Below are positions 34,139-43,291 of a DNA stretch of 64,000 bases, piece after piece; within the stretch, counting starts at the first letter, position 1; each line of letters opens with the position of its first letter. The translations under genes were made by a program, and so were the position numbers. This stretch comes from a virus: the IMG/VR virus record IMGVR_UViG_3300025030_000005, positions 1 to 64,000 of that record. The stretch is one strand, 5' to 3'. The notes under the pieces were generated by a model. It was not told the DNA's origin. It saw nothing but the letters and a program-made list of their open reading frames with translations, and ran no database searches.

Positions 34139-34327
34139 ATGAACAAACTTAGTTTATGTAGTATATGCGAGTACCAGTTTGACTTAAAAGATGATTTTTG
34201 TTGGTACTCGTGCTGGGGTCTTAAAAGTATGGAAGGTATTGAGCACGATGATGAATGGTTGGCTTGGGATTGGGTATACATAATGATGCCGGGGTGGTTT
34301 GATTATGCTGATCAAGAGATTTTATAA
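34139..34327 (+). CDS. hypothetical small protein
   Basis: SD aaggag. Trp/Cys-rich. Confidence 0.45.
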   Translation: MNKLSLCSICEYQFDLKDDFCWYSCWGLKSMEGIEHDDEWLAWDWVYIMMPGWFDYADQEIL

Positions 34328-34336
34328 GGAGCTGTT

Positions 34337-34525
34337 ATGACATTAGCACTAACAGATAAAGAACTGCAGTTTCTTAGAGGTAAGTCCATAAATGGAGAAC
34401 TAACCTCAAAAGAAATAGACAGCTTGTTTTTTCACATTAATGAGTTGGAAGCTGCTCTAGACGATGCCGATGATTTTGACGCTCTCGGAACAGAAGGCTG
34501 GAGACATTACATAGGAATAGAATAG
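34337..34525 (+). CDS. hypothetical small acidic protein
   Basis: SD aaggag. Confidence 0.45.
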   Translation: MTLALTDKELQFLRGKSINGELTSKEIDSLFFHINELEAALDDADDFDALGTEGWRHYIGIE

Positions 34526-34537
34526 GAGATACCTAAC

Positions 34538-34726
34538 ATGAAAGACGAACTGAAGTATAAAAATAAAGCAAGGTGCAAGCTGTGCGGCAGTGAGGTTGAA
34601 AGCCGATTTACTCATGAATTTGTAAGCTGCTCTTGCGGAGAAATCTTCGTGGACGGCGGAAATGACTATTGGAGAGCTGGAGCTAAAAGCTTCAGTAACT
34701 TTGAACGTATTTTAGAAGAGCGATAA
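34538..34726 (+). CDS. small zinc-ribbon protein
   Basis: CKLCGS...CSCGE. SD aggag. Confidence 0.5.
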   Translation: MKDELKYKNKARCKLCGSEVESRFTHEFVSCSCGEIFVDGGNDYWRAGAKSFSNFERILEER

Positions 34727-34728
34727 TC

Positions 34729-34896
34729 ATGACTTTAGAAGAGTTAGCCTTACTACTGCGCACAAAGACCGCTGAGTACAACTCAAACAAATGCCCACAT
34801 TGCTTTAGTGAGGTGCATAAGCCTGCTAAAAAAGTTGGAAACCATTATGAGTTTATTTGGTGCCCTGTATGCATGGGCCAGATATGGCTCGAATAG
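34729..34896 (+). CDS. small zinc-ribbon protein (55 aa)
   Basis: CPHC...CPVC. ATG 3 nt after the previous stop. Confidence 0.45.
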   Translation: MTLEELALLLRTKTAEYNSNKCPHCFSEVHKPAKKVGNHYEFIWCPVCMGQIWLE

Positions 34897-34905
34897 GAGG
34901 TTACC

Positions 34906-35364
34906 TTGATACTTAGATGCCCGGACAGAGAATTTGCTCAGGTAAAATTTCTCGTTTGCTTATACTTGTGCCCTAATGCCATAAGAACCAGATGTTCCTC
35001 TTACGAAAAAAATTATGAAGCTCTTCAAAACCAGAATATTGACGACAAGTACCTTGAAAAGTACGGCGTACCAAACTACCCACTTCCTAGGTCTGTAGTA
35101 TTGGCCAAGAAAAGAGCAGAGAAAGCCGCCAAAGACGCTGAAAAAGCAGAGAAGAATAAGTCAAAACGCAAGCGGAGAACAAAGGCAGAGGTAGAAGCAG
35201 AAGCAGAAAAGAAAAAGGCAGCAAAGCCGAAAGCCGTTCCTGCGGATGAAGTTAAGAAGCGTAAGTCTAAGAAGGTAAAAGAAGAACTTCCAAAAGAACT
35301 TAAGCATAAACGGAAACGTAGGACAAAAGCTGAAATCGAGGAAGATAGGAAGAAAAGGAAGTAA
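34906..35364 (+). CDS. Lys-rich basic protein with duplicated KRKRRTKAE[VI]E motif
   Basis: TTG start behind SD aggagg. The C-terminal 90 aa are mostly K/E/A. Confidence 0.55.
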   Translation: MILRCPDREFAQVKFLVCLYLCPNAIRTRCSSYEKNYEALQNQNIDDKYLEKYGVPNYPLPRSVVLAKKRAEKAAKDAEKAEKNKSKRKRRTKAEVEAEAEKKKAAKPKAVPADEVKKRKSKKVKEELPKELKHKRKRRTKAEIEEDRKKRK

Positions 35365-35365
35365 A

Positions 35366-36181
35366 ATGCCATCTAAAATATTATTTAACGAAGAAGATAA
35401 ATCTACTATAATATATGAGTACTCAGTAAATAAGTCTTCACTGCATAAAGTTGCTGGTATGTTTGGCACCTATGCTTCAGTGATACTTTCAAACTTACGT
35501 GCCTGGAAAATTCCTACAAGAAATTTGTCAGAATCCAAACAAGTATATGAGTTAACCCACAATATCTTTGAAGAGATAGACTCTAGCGAAAAAGCCTATT
35601 GGGTTGGATTTTTAGCAGCAGACGGGTGCGTTACTGAATCAAATAGGGTGTCTATTGGGTTGGCTCAAAAAGATGCAGAAAGAGTAGAATCTTTTAAAAA
35701 GTTTGTTGGATCTACACATCCATTGATAATTACAGCTAAGAACAAAAAGCATTTTGGAGTTAGGTGGTCTGCTAGGTCTGATAAAATGGTGTCAGACCTA
35801 TCCAAATACGGGATAGTAAGTAACAAAACATTCACTATAACTTTTGGCGAAGGGATACCCGAAAAATATTTGTCAAGCTACTTATTAGGATTTTTTGATG
35901 GGGATGGGTGTATTTTTATTAATAAAAATAGATATCCTAGAATAGTTTTTGTAGGTAGTTATGCAGCTATGGATCAACTAAATAATCATGTGGCTAATGC
36001 CTTGAATGTATCCCCCAAAAAAATTGTTAAAATCAATAGAGGTTCCAGCGTTGGACAACTTACCTACTCTAGAACCAATGAAGTTAAAGCATTAATAAAA
36101 TATATGTATGCAGACTGCAGAACATTTATGCTGCGTAAAAAAGAACTGTCTGATTTAGCGTTGACGCTGGAGGTTAGATGA
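35366..36181 (+). CDS. LAGLIDADG homing endonuclease (free-standing)
   Basis: Two motifs, YWVGFLAADGCV and YLLGFFDGDGCI. Has its own start and stop. Confidence 0.8.
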   Translation: MPSKILFNEEDKSTIIYEYSVNKSSLHKVAGMFGTYASVILSNLRAWKIPTRNLSESKQVYELTHNIFEEIDSSEKAYWVGFLAADGCVTESNRVSIGLAQKDAERVESFKKFVGSTHPLIITAKNKKHFGVRWSARSDKMVSDLSKYGIVSNKTFTITFGEGIPEKYLSSYLLGFFDGDGCIFINKNRYPRIVFVGSYAAMDQLNNHVANALNVSPKKIVKINRGSSVGQLTYSRTNEVKALIKYMYADCRTFMLRKKELSDLALTLEVR

Positions 36182-37005
36182 TTTCTAGCAGACGCAAACA
36201 TAGCAATAATAATTTTATAAGTAGGTTTGGCTATAGTACCTTAGATTACGGTATATTAAAAAAATATCTGCTAATGCCAAAGCCTTATATGAAAGGTATG
36301 TTTCAGCTCTATCCTGCCTCTCTTCAGAAAGTTCCATTAGAGTTATCTAGCTTATTGGAGAAGTGTGATTCGTATTACTGGAATAAAATAAAGGAAACAT
36401 TTAAAATGACTGAAGAAGAAACAGTTTTATTTGTAAAATATAAAATAGCAGGAGTTCCTCCGCTGTACATGCAGAAGAATACACTACCCTCATGCTCAGG
36501 GGCAGTATTAAACATAGTATCAAAAATTATGGAAAATCCGGAAGGATTTACTAAACTCGGAAGGGTAGCTTACTTTCACAGTTTATTTGAGGATAATTCT
36601 CTTCAAGCTGCGAGCAACATAGTTAAAGAATGCGTTAAAGTAAAATTAAAACCAAAGATGATACCCTTTACTAAATATATGGAAGCAGTCAAAACTTTTG
36701 ATGATTCCCCTATCGTTAGAGCAGTTAAAGACTCAGATCTGGCGGTAGTATATATGGTAGGTAATGAGTATTTGGCTGAAAGTGGTTTTACTGAAACTCA
36801 TTTAGAGGAACTTATAAAATTAAGAAGGACCTCTGGTAAATCCACTATAATATCTAGTCATATGCCTCCAGCAGATTTTGCTGAAAGGTATAAGATCAGC
36901 CTTGATAAGCTTGGTGCTACTGCGTTCAAATTTGAGGATTCTACCTTAGGATTAACTCTTCTACAGCTTGGGAAGGAACTTGACGCTTTGAAAGGAGGTA
37001 ACTGA
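36178..37005 (+). CDS. hypothetical protein (between helicase and primase)
   Basis: ATGA overlap with the previous gene. 275 aa. Confidence 0.6.
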   Translation: MISSRRKHSNNNFISRFGYSTLDYGILKKYLLMPKPYMKGMFQLYPASLQKVPLELSSLLEKCDSYYWNKIKETFKMTEEETVLFVKYKIAGVPPLYMQKNTLPSCSGAVLNIVSKIMENPEGFTKLGRVAYFHSLFEDNSLQAASNIVKECVKVKLKPKMIPFTKYMEAVKTFDDSPIVRAVKDSDLAVVYMVGNEYLAESGFTETHLEELIKLRRTSGKSTIISSHMPPADFAERYKISLDKLGATAFKFEDSTLGLTLLQLGKELDALKGGN

Positions 37006-37007
37006 CA

Positions 37008-37916
37008 ATTGAAATCCTAGAACTTTTAGAGGCCAAAGGGTGCGCCTACGTTCATAAAGGGGGAGATGAGTTTGCCATATCTTGTCCCAATGCCATAAAC
37101 CACCAAGGAGCGTCTGACGCGGCCCCATCTTTCAGTATAAATATAGAAAAAATGCAGGCGCACTGCTTTTCCTGTGGATTTTCTATGGGAGAAGAAAAAT
37201 TAATCAGATGGCTGCTTGGCGGAGAGCTTGATGATTTCTCGCTAGAAACTATGGCTATGAGAGCTAGGATAAAACGGCTTAGCCTTGAAGAAGCAGAAGA
37301 TATAAGCGAGGCTAGAAAGATACTCATTCCTCCAGGAGAACCGTGGGATGTAGATGGGTTTAGGGGAATATCTATAGATACTTATAGAAAGCTAGGCGCT
37401 ATAAAATGCGATAGGGGATTTTACGCTAATAGGATAGTATTTCCAATCTACCTCAAAGGAGAATTAATAGGAGTAGACGCCAGAGCACTTGGGGATCAAA
37501 AGCCTAAGTACATCAGGAACAAAGGTAGTAGCTGCTCAGAAAATTGGCTATTTCCTTTTGATGTCGTTGCTGAAATGAACCCTTCATACGTGATATTAGC
37601 GGAAGGGGCCTTCGACGCCATTAACAGCTACGATAAAGGGTTTCCGGCACTCTCAATTTTTGGGTGTCATAACTGGTCAATGAGTAAATTAAGGATGGTG
37701 CTAAATTTAGGAGTTAAGGAGGTGATCCTAGGAACTGACAATGATTTAGCAGGAAAGAAAGCAGAACAGGAAATAGGTGCTATGTTACAAGAATGGATAC
37801 CGACATATTCCCTAGACACTTCCAAGTTCGGAGAAGGCAGAGATTTAGGTGATCTTACCAGAGATGAAATTCAGTACGCAGTAGACCATAAGGTAAGATT
37901 CAAAAAATCAATGTAA
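37008..37916 (+). CDS. DnaG-like primase (CHC2 zinc finger + TOPRIM), apparent non-canonical start
   Basis: Zinc finger ISCPNAINHQGASDAAPSFSINIEKMQAHCFSCGF is encoded upstream of the first ATG (37152). TOPRIM motifs ILAEGAFDAIN and LGTDNDLAGKKA. The frame is open only from 37002, with ATT at 37008 lying 8 nt after SD aaaggaggt. Confidence 0.8.
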   Translation: MEILELLEAKGCAYVHKGGDEFAISCPNAINHQGASDAAPSFSINIEKMQAHCFSCGFSMGEEKLIRWLLGGELDDFSLETMAMRARIKRLSLEEAEDISEARKILIPPGEPWDVDGFRGISIDTYRKLGAIKCDRGFYANRIVFPIYLKGELIGVDARALGDQKPKYIRNKGSSCSENWLFPFDVVAEMNPSYVILAEGAFDAINSYDKGFPALSIFGCHNWSMSKLRMVLNLGVKEVILGTDNDLAGKKAEQEIGAMLQEWIPTYSLDTSKFGEGRDLGDLTRDEIQYAVDHKVRFKKSM

Positions 37917-37935
37917 CTTCCGATGCATCGGAAGT
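37916..37935. repeat. conserved stem-loop element (ACTTCCGA-TGCA-TCGGAAGT)
   Basis: Perfect 20-nt palindrome directly after stop TAA. SD ggggga follows. Confidence 0.85.
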
Positions 37936-37945
37936 AGGGGGAACC

Positions 37946-38323
37946 GTGCCGCAGAACAACGCGGAACAGAAGATCCAAGAAATTAAAAAGTTCTTGGAAT
38001 GGCTAAAACAAGATAACCCCGTACCCGTAGCAAAAATAGAGATGATATACACCAATTCAAAGCATCTAAGAAGGATTGGTATCAACGCAACTCTACGTCC
38101 TGTCGGGCCTTACGAAGCAAGTATTGAGGTAGCAATAGGCAGACCTACCAACGACGTCCTCAGATCAGTTGCTCACGAATGGATGCATGTGATTCAACTG
38201 TACCAGCAGCATATCCCTTTTGAAAAAATAAAATTGCATAAGGAGTTAGAGGCAGAAGGATTCGCGGTAAACGCTATTATGAAGTACCTAGGAATCTCTT
38301 TTGCCCAATTTAGGCATGTTTAA
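37946..38323 (+). CDS. small HExxH protein (putative zinc metallopeptidase-like)
   Basis: SVAHEWMHVIQ. GTG start. Confidence 0.4.
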   Translation: MPQNNAEQKIQEIKKFLEWLKQDNPVPVAKIEMIYTNSKHLRRIGINATLRPVGPYEASIEVAIGRPTNDVLRSVAHEWMHVIQLYQQHIPFEKIKLHKELEAEGFAVNAIMKYLGISFAQFRHV

Positions 38324-38468
38324 TGAAAACACTGTTTTAGAAACTTGGACTGATGATGCCCACGAGGTAGTAACTGTCATTATGTGGGATAAGTCTAATC
38401 CTGAAGTCAAGCTGGTAAATGAGTTGACTAGGCAGGACTTGGAAGTAATGCTAGATAGCATGATTTAA
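38316..38468 (+). CDS. small hypothetical protein (50 aa)
   Basis: ATG overlaps the end of the previous ORF. No other support. Confidence 0.3.
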   Translation: MFNENTVLETWTDDAHEVVTVIMWDKSNPEVKLVNELTRQDLEVMLDSMI

Positions 38469-38485
38469 AAATAAAGGAGGTTCTT

Positions 38486-39034
38486 ATGACATGTATTGTA
38501 GGATTGCTTGATGGAAGTAGGGTAATTTTAGGAGGGGACACCTGCGGGTCAGACGGTTTCATGTATGAATCATGTGACCATTCAAAGGTGTTTAAGGTTG
38601 ACAAATTTGTTTTAGGAGGTACTACAAGTTTTAGGATGCTTGATCTCTTGGAACATTCTCTTAAAATTCCCTACGTCAAGCCGGAAGATGAATCCAATAT
38701 GGATAAGTTCATGAGAACCTCCTTTGTAACTGCAGTGCGTAGCTGTTTGAAAGATGGCGGATTCGCTGAAACTAAAAATGGGGCAGAGGCGGGTGGTACA
38801 TTTCTGATAGGGTATAAAAATAAGCTTTGGAGAATGCAGGATGATTTCAGCATCATAAATAGAAATGTCTATGATTCTGTAGGCTCTGGAATGTACACGG
38901 CTATAGGAAGTTTATACACTACAAACGGCATTAAAATGAAACCAGAGGACAGAGTGGTAAAGGCACTTGAGGCGGCTGCTAGTTTGATAGCATCTGTCAA
39001 AGGTCCTTATAATTTGATAAGTACGGAGGAGTAA
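38486..39034 (+). CDS. HslV/proteasome beta-like Ntn peptidase
   Basis: MTCIVGLLDGSRVILGGDTCGSDG aligns with the HslV N-terminus (Thr2 nucleophile, GD). SD aaaggagg. Confidence 0.6.
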   Translation: MTCIVGLLDGSRVILGGDTCGSDGFMYESCDHSKVFKVDKFVLGGTTSFRMLDLLEHSLKIPYVKPEDESNMDKFMRTSFVTAVRSCLKDGGFAETKNGAEAGGTFLIGYKNKLWRMQDDFSIINRNVYDSVGSGMYTAIGSLYTTNGIKMKPEDRVVKALEAAASLIASVKGPYNLISTEE

Positions 39035-39036
39035 GT

Positions 39037-39873
39037 ATAAGAAGGGTAAAGAAATATACTTTTGAGGAGGCCTGTAAGGTTTTTGTGGCAGCTGGGATGC
39101 TGCCTATATTTACTTCTTACCACAATGCGCATGAGAGACTTCCATACATTTGCTTGGTACATAGCGACAGAATAAGATATATAAGGCTAAATGATGTACA
39201 ACAAGGGAAAGGATGTCAGGCTTGTGGCAGCGAACGTGCAGGTAAAACTAAGCGAAAGAGCATAGAAGAAGTACTGCAATGCTTTATTGATAGGAACTAT
39301 ACTCCGTTATTCAATAACTACACCAACAATAAACAAAAGTTGAAGTACATATGCAATGTTCACCAGGAAGCTGGGCCGCAGGAAATAGTACTGAACTCGT
39401 TACTCAGCGGCAGAGGTTGCTTCCACTGCGGTAACGAAAAGAAAAGTGGGCCAAATGCCTATAATTGGAAAAATGGTGTTTCTTGCGTAAATGCAGTACT
39501 GCGCAGCGAAATAAGAACATGGCAAGCTGAAAGTTATGCAGTTCATAGGTACTGCTGCGACATCTCTAAGAGTAAACGGGATTTAGTTATTCATCACTTA
39601 AGAAGGTCCTTCCACGATATACGTGATGAAGCTTTAATAGACTTAGGGTTTGAATTGAAACGCAGTAATTTCAAAACTCATTTTACTGCACAAGACTATG
39701 ATAAACTAAGATGTAAGTTTATCAAATTGCATTACGAGTATGGATTAGGCATTCCCTTGTCAAGGGAGCTACATGCGTTATTTCATAGAATGTACGGAAA
39801 CAGGAACAATACACCGGAGCAGTACTTTGAGTTTAAATCTGATTTTCAAAAAGGATGGGTAGTTTTTAAATGA
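39037..39873 (+). CDS. HNH-type homing endonuclease with duplicated N-terminal module; start uncertain
   Basis: Repeat unit KKYTFEEACKVF..YICLVHSD..GKGCQACG matches KRKSIEEVLQCF..YICNVHQE..GRGCFHCG. The first unit begins upstream of ORF-track GTG 39085. C-terminal LVIHHL...LHALFH. Candidate ATA start at 39037 lies 5 nt after SD ggaggag. Confidence 0.55.
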   Translation: MRRVKKYTFEEACKVFVAAGMLPIFTSYHNAHERLPYICLVHSDRIRYIRLNDVQQGKGCQACGSERAGKTKRKSIEEVLQCFIDRNYTPLFNNYTNNKQKLKYICNVHQEAGPQEIVLNSLLSGRGCFHCGNEKKSGPNAYNWKNGVSCVNAVLRSEIRTWQAESYAVHRYCCDISKSKRDLVIHHLRRSFHDIRDEALIDLGFELKRSNFKTHFTAQDYDKLRCKFIKLHYEYGLGIPLSRELHALFHRMYGNRNNTPEQYFEFKSDFQKGWVVFK

Positions 39874-42383
39874 TAAATGCTAAAGTAGCACACAACACCA
39901 AACTTCTTATTATGTATGACACCCCTCAGCATTCAGATTGGACTACTTATCAAAAAGTAACTCCTGCAGGGGTATCAAAACTATATCTACAGGCAACAGA
40001 ACTTGGAATAAACTTTGAAGATGTTTCTGTATGCTGCATGTCAGATTACGCAGATGGAAAAGCAGCAGGATTTAAAGAAAAAGCTGACTACATAGAAGAT
40101 CTAGTTTCAGTACTAGCCCCTAACTTAATACTACTTCCTACTGCTAAGTCTTTCGAGGCCTATATGGGACTTAAAGGAGCTAGTAAGTTTTACGGTAAAA
40201 TACTTAAGCATCCTAAAAGTGGAGTGAAAGTACTAGCTATGCCTCCGTACAGTATGCTTACGTATAAGCCTGACATGCAAGCTGTCATTACAACTTCACT
40301 CAAGCAAGCAAGTATAGAGATGCAGTTCCCAGAAATCACAGAACAGAGCCTACCAGAAAAGCAATACCGGATGATAGATGATATTTCTACCTTCAGATCA
40401 ATGCTTCAGTTCTACAGAGAAAACGTATTTAGCTTTTCTATAGACACTGAAACAACTTCATTGCAATTTAACAAAGGCAAAATTCTGTTAATCCAATTAT
40501 CTCATAAGGAGAATTTTGGTGCATGTATCCCTACCCCTGATTACGTAGATACTTGGTCCCCAGAGGAATGGGTAGAAGTAGTAGCAGGTATAAAAGAATT
40601 GGTAGAAGATGAGCGAAGAGAGAAGCTTGTAGCTAACGGGTATTTTGATTTTAAGTTCCTTGAGCAAGTCTACGGCATAAAACTACCTAAGAAAAATGTA
40701 TTTGATGTACTGATTGCTAGTTTTCTATGTAACGAAGACAGAGAAAGTCATTCGTTGAAGTTTTGTGCCGCAACTCTACTACAAGACCCTACCGCTTCAG
40801 ATTACGAACGTCCGTTAAATGATTTCCGTGATGCATATTGTAAGGAACACAAAATAAAGAAGTCCGAGTTCACGTATGATTTGATTCCTCCGGAAGTTCT
40901 ATTTACGTATAGTTGTATGGATGTTGACTTTACTTTTCAACTTGCTACTTACTTCAAGCATGAGCTTAAGCTTGAAGAACAAGAGGAAGTTTTTAAAGAT
41001 GTTAGCTCTTACGCTTGGGCTTTAGCTAGAATTGAGCAAAACGGTTGGAAGATAGATCTAGACGAAGCTGCTGCGTATAAAAAGGAACTTAACGGAAGAA
41101 TTGATATTCTAGAAGATTCCATACAAGGGCTTAACGAAATTAAGTCTGCAGCTAGGTTATTGTCTACCATAAAACTAGAAAATGAAAACGCGAAAAGAAA
41201 GACAAAGCTAAAATGCTTGAAAGAGCCCCTTAAATTTCTAGTGAGCAGTCCGCATCATAAACGTACACTGTTTAAAGATATTTTAAAATTTCCAGAAGTT
41301 AAGAAAACTAAGAGTGGACTCTACGCTACAGATAAAGAATGTTTTCAAGTTTGGGCTGAAAAGTATCCGCACGTTCCTTCGATTAAAGTTATCAAAGAAT
41401 TAGAAGAACTAACTAAAATGCGTAATACTTACATTAACGCGTTGCTGGAAAAGTCTGTAAATAGTAGAATACACTGTTCGTATAGGGTCACGGGTGCAGC
41501 CACGGGACGCATTTCGTCAACATCTCCGAATCTCCAGAATGTGACAATGCACACGGAAGAGAGTAAAAAACTCAGAAAGTGTTTTACTACAGATACTGGA
41601 AATGTGCTGGTTGTCAGCGATCTTTCTAACGCGGAGCTTCGCGTCGTTGCTGCTATTAGTAACGATACAGTTATGTGCCAAGGTTTTATAAATAACTTAG
41701 ACCCACACTCTAACACAGCTAAGTCTATGTTCGACTTACCTTGTGAAGTAGAGGAGGTTAAGGAAAAGTTTAACGACTACAGACAGCTTGGTAAAACTTT
41801 AGGGTTCGCCGCACTGTATGGGTCCGGCCCTTCCTTGATTGCTAAACGCTCAAATATGGAAGTCGAAGAGGCCGACAGGCACCTGAGAGAGTACTTTAGA
41901 AAACATGCTGGTATTAAACAGTTGTTCGATGAGAATATAGCATTTGCCAAAGAGAACGGGTATGTTGTAGCTATCTCGGGGCGCAGGCGCAGAGTTCCTC
42001 ACATAAATTCTACTGATAAATACTTGGTTATGAGAGCAGAGAGGCAGGCTAACAACTTCCTAATCCAAAGCGTAGCCTCTGATTTCATGCTTAAGTCGTT
42101 AGTAAACATGCTAACTGAGATAGATGAAAAAGACTTACCTATTAAAATTATTAACGTAATTCATGACTCAGTGGAGACAGAAGTGCCTGAGTGGTATGTT
42201 GCAGACGCTGCGGCGTTTATTAAAAAGCACCTTGAGTGCTGGCACTTTGGGTTGTCTCCTGCATTTGCTATGAAATGTGATGTAGAAGTAGGCAAGACGT
42301 GGGCAGACCTTGGCGCGTATAAAGAAGAAAGTTTTCCAGAAATGATGCTAGTAGAATACGAAGACGAGGAGGACGTTGAATAA
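39870..42383 (+). CDS. family A DNA polymerase with 3'-5' exonuclease domain
   Basis: Exo I SIDTETTSL. TGRISSTSPNLQNV. Motif A VSDLSNAELRV. Motif B RQLGKTLGFAALYG. Motif C VIHDSVETEV. Confidence 0.95.
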   Translation: MINAKVAHNTKLLIMYDTPQHSDWTTYQKVTPAGVSKLYLQATELGINFEDVSVCCMSDYADGKAAGFKEKADYIEDLVSVLAPNLILLPTAKSFEAYMGLKGASKFYGKILKHPKSGVKVLAMPPYSMLTYKPDMQAVITTSLKQASIEMQFPEITEQSLPEKQYRMIDDISTFRSMLQFYRENVFSFSIDTETTSLQFNKGKILLIQLSHKENFGACIPTPDYVDTWSPEEWVEVVAGIKELVEDERREKLVANGYFDFKFLEQVYGIKLPKKNVFDVLIASFLCNEDRESHSLKFCAATLLQDPTASDYERPLNDFRDAYCKEHKIKKSEFTYDLIPPEVLFTYSCMDVDFTFQLATYFKHELKLEEQEEVFKDVSSYAWALARIEQNGWKIDLDEAAAYKKELNGRIDILEDSIQGLNEIKSAARLLSTIKLENENAKRKTKLKCLKEPLKFLVSSPHHKRTLFKDILKFPEVKKTKSGLYATDKECFQVWAEKYPHVPSIKVIKELEELTKMRNTYINALLEKSVNSRIHCSYRVTGAATGRISSTSPNLQNVTMHTEESKKLRKCFTTDTGNVLVVSDLSNAELRVVAAISNDTVMCQGFINNLDPHSNTAKSMFDLPCEVEEVKEKFNDYRQLGKTLGFAALYGSGPSLIAKRSNMEVEEADRHLREYFRKHAGIKQLFDENIAFAKENGYVVAISGRRRRVPHINSTDKYLVMRAERQANNFLIQSVASDFMLKSLVNMLTEIDEKDLPIKIINVIHDSVETEVPEWYVADAAAFIKKHLECWHFGLSPAFAMKCDVEVGKTWADLGAYKEESFPEMMLVEYEDEEDVE

Positions 42384-42622
42384 TGGAAATCACATACAAG
42401 ACTAATCTTTACACTAAAGAGAAGGTGGACAATGCTATCGACATTGCTAAAGAAAATGGAAAAGTAATAAAAAGCATAACATTATCCAACGTCGAATTCT
42501 ATGACTTTGTAGATAACCACCCTGAGGCTGTATGCCACAACTCCGGCTACAGGCCCATCATGACAGGGTGCAGTGGACATTTCCTGTATCGCAGAGTAAG
42601 TATATACGGGAGGCCCGACTAA
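42383..42622 (+). CDS. hypothetical protein
   Basis: TAATG overlap with the polymerase stop. Confidence 0.5.
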   Translation: MEITYKTNLYTKEKVDNAIDIAKENGKVIKSITLSNVEFYDFVDNHPEAVCHNSGYRPIMTGCSGHFLYRRVSIYGRPD

Positions 42623-42624
42623 TC

Positions 42625-42759
42625 ATGAGTGTGGAGGTTCTATGTAATAGAGAATCCTGCAGGCACATTGACGAAGTAGGTGAATGCGTTAGATACAGGA
42701 TTCAAATTGACGAGGACGGCGACTGCCTAGATTACGAGGATGCTAGCAATGAAGACTAA
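42625..42759 (+). CDS. small acidic Cys-containing protein (44 aa)
   Basis: ATG 42625 behind gggagg. The ORF-track start 42532 lies inside the previous gene. Confidence 0.35.
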   Translation: MSVEVLCNRESCRHIDEVGECVRYRIQIDEDGDCLDYEDASNED

Positions 42760-43057
42760 TGGGTCGTTTTTGAGAGATGACGCTAAGAACTGGGCTAGCT
42801 CATCTTTGTTCTTTATGTCCTTGGTTAAATTGGGCGTAAATGTAGATAAGTATTACATACCTATCGGAGTGTCGTGCTCAAACGCCCAATTGATTTACTA
42901 TGCTGATATACTGCTCGACGAAGTAGCTCGGTTAGAATTCAAAGAAGAGCCTTCAATGGGCCGAGAGGAATTTAAAGCACACCGTGACTATATACGAAAG
43001 ATCGCCTTCATTTTAAGAGGCTGGGGCAAAGAAGGTCACGGAGTTAAGGTAATATAA
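42740..43057 (+). CDS. hypothetical protein
   Basis: 105-aa ORF in the operon. Confidence 0.5.
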   Translation: MLAMKTNGSFLRDDAKNWASSSLFFMSLVKLGVNVDKYYIPIGVSCSNAQLIYYADILLDEVARLEFKEEPSMGREEFKAHRDYIRKIAFILRGWGKEGHGVKVI

Positions 43058-43060
43058 GAA

Positions 43061-43291
43061 ATGGCATATACAATACATAGAACATGCGTGGCATGTAGGC
43101 GTATGATCCCATCCGACTGTGAAGATGAACTTATAGCCTTTGTGAAGACTACCACAACTTACTCAGAAAAGACTGGTAAGATCACTGGTAAGCTAAAGCA
43201 AGGCACTATAGAAGGGCTATGCCCAGACTGTAGTAAAAAGTTCACGGATATTATTCAGCAGCAACAAGAAAAAGGAATGAAAGTATTATGA
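43061..43291 (+). CDS. small zinc-ribbon protein
   Basis: CVAC...CPDC. Confidence 0.5.
   Translation: MAYTIHRTCVACRRMIPSDCEDELIAFVKTTTTYSEKTGKITGKLKQGTIEGLCPDCSKKFTDIIQQQQEKGMKVL

Noticed and set aside
35366-36181. LAGLIDADG protein as an intein or intron-encoded ORF.
   Set aside because: It has its own ATG right after the upstream stop and its own stop overlapping the next start. It is not in frame within a host protein, and no flanking split gene halves were seen.
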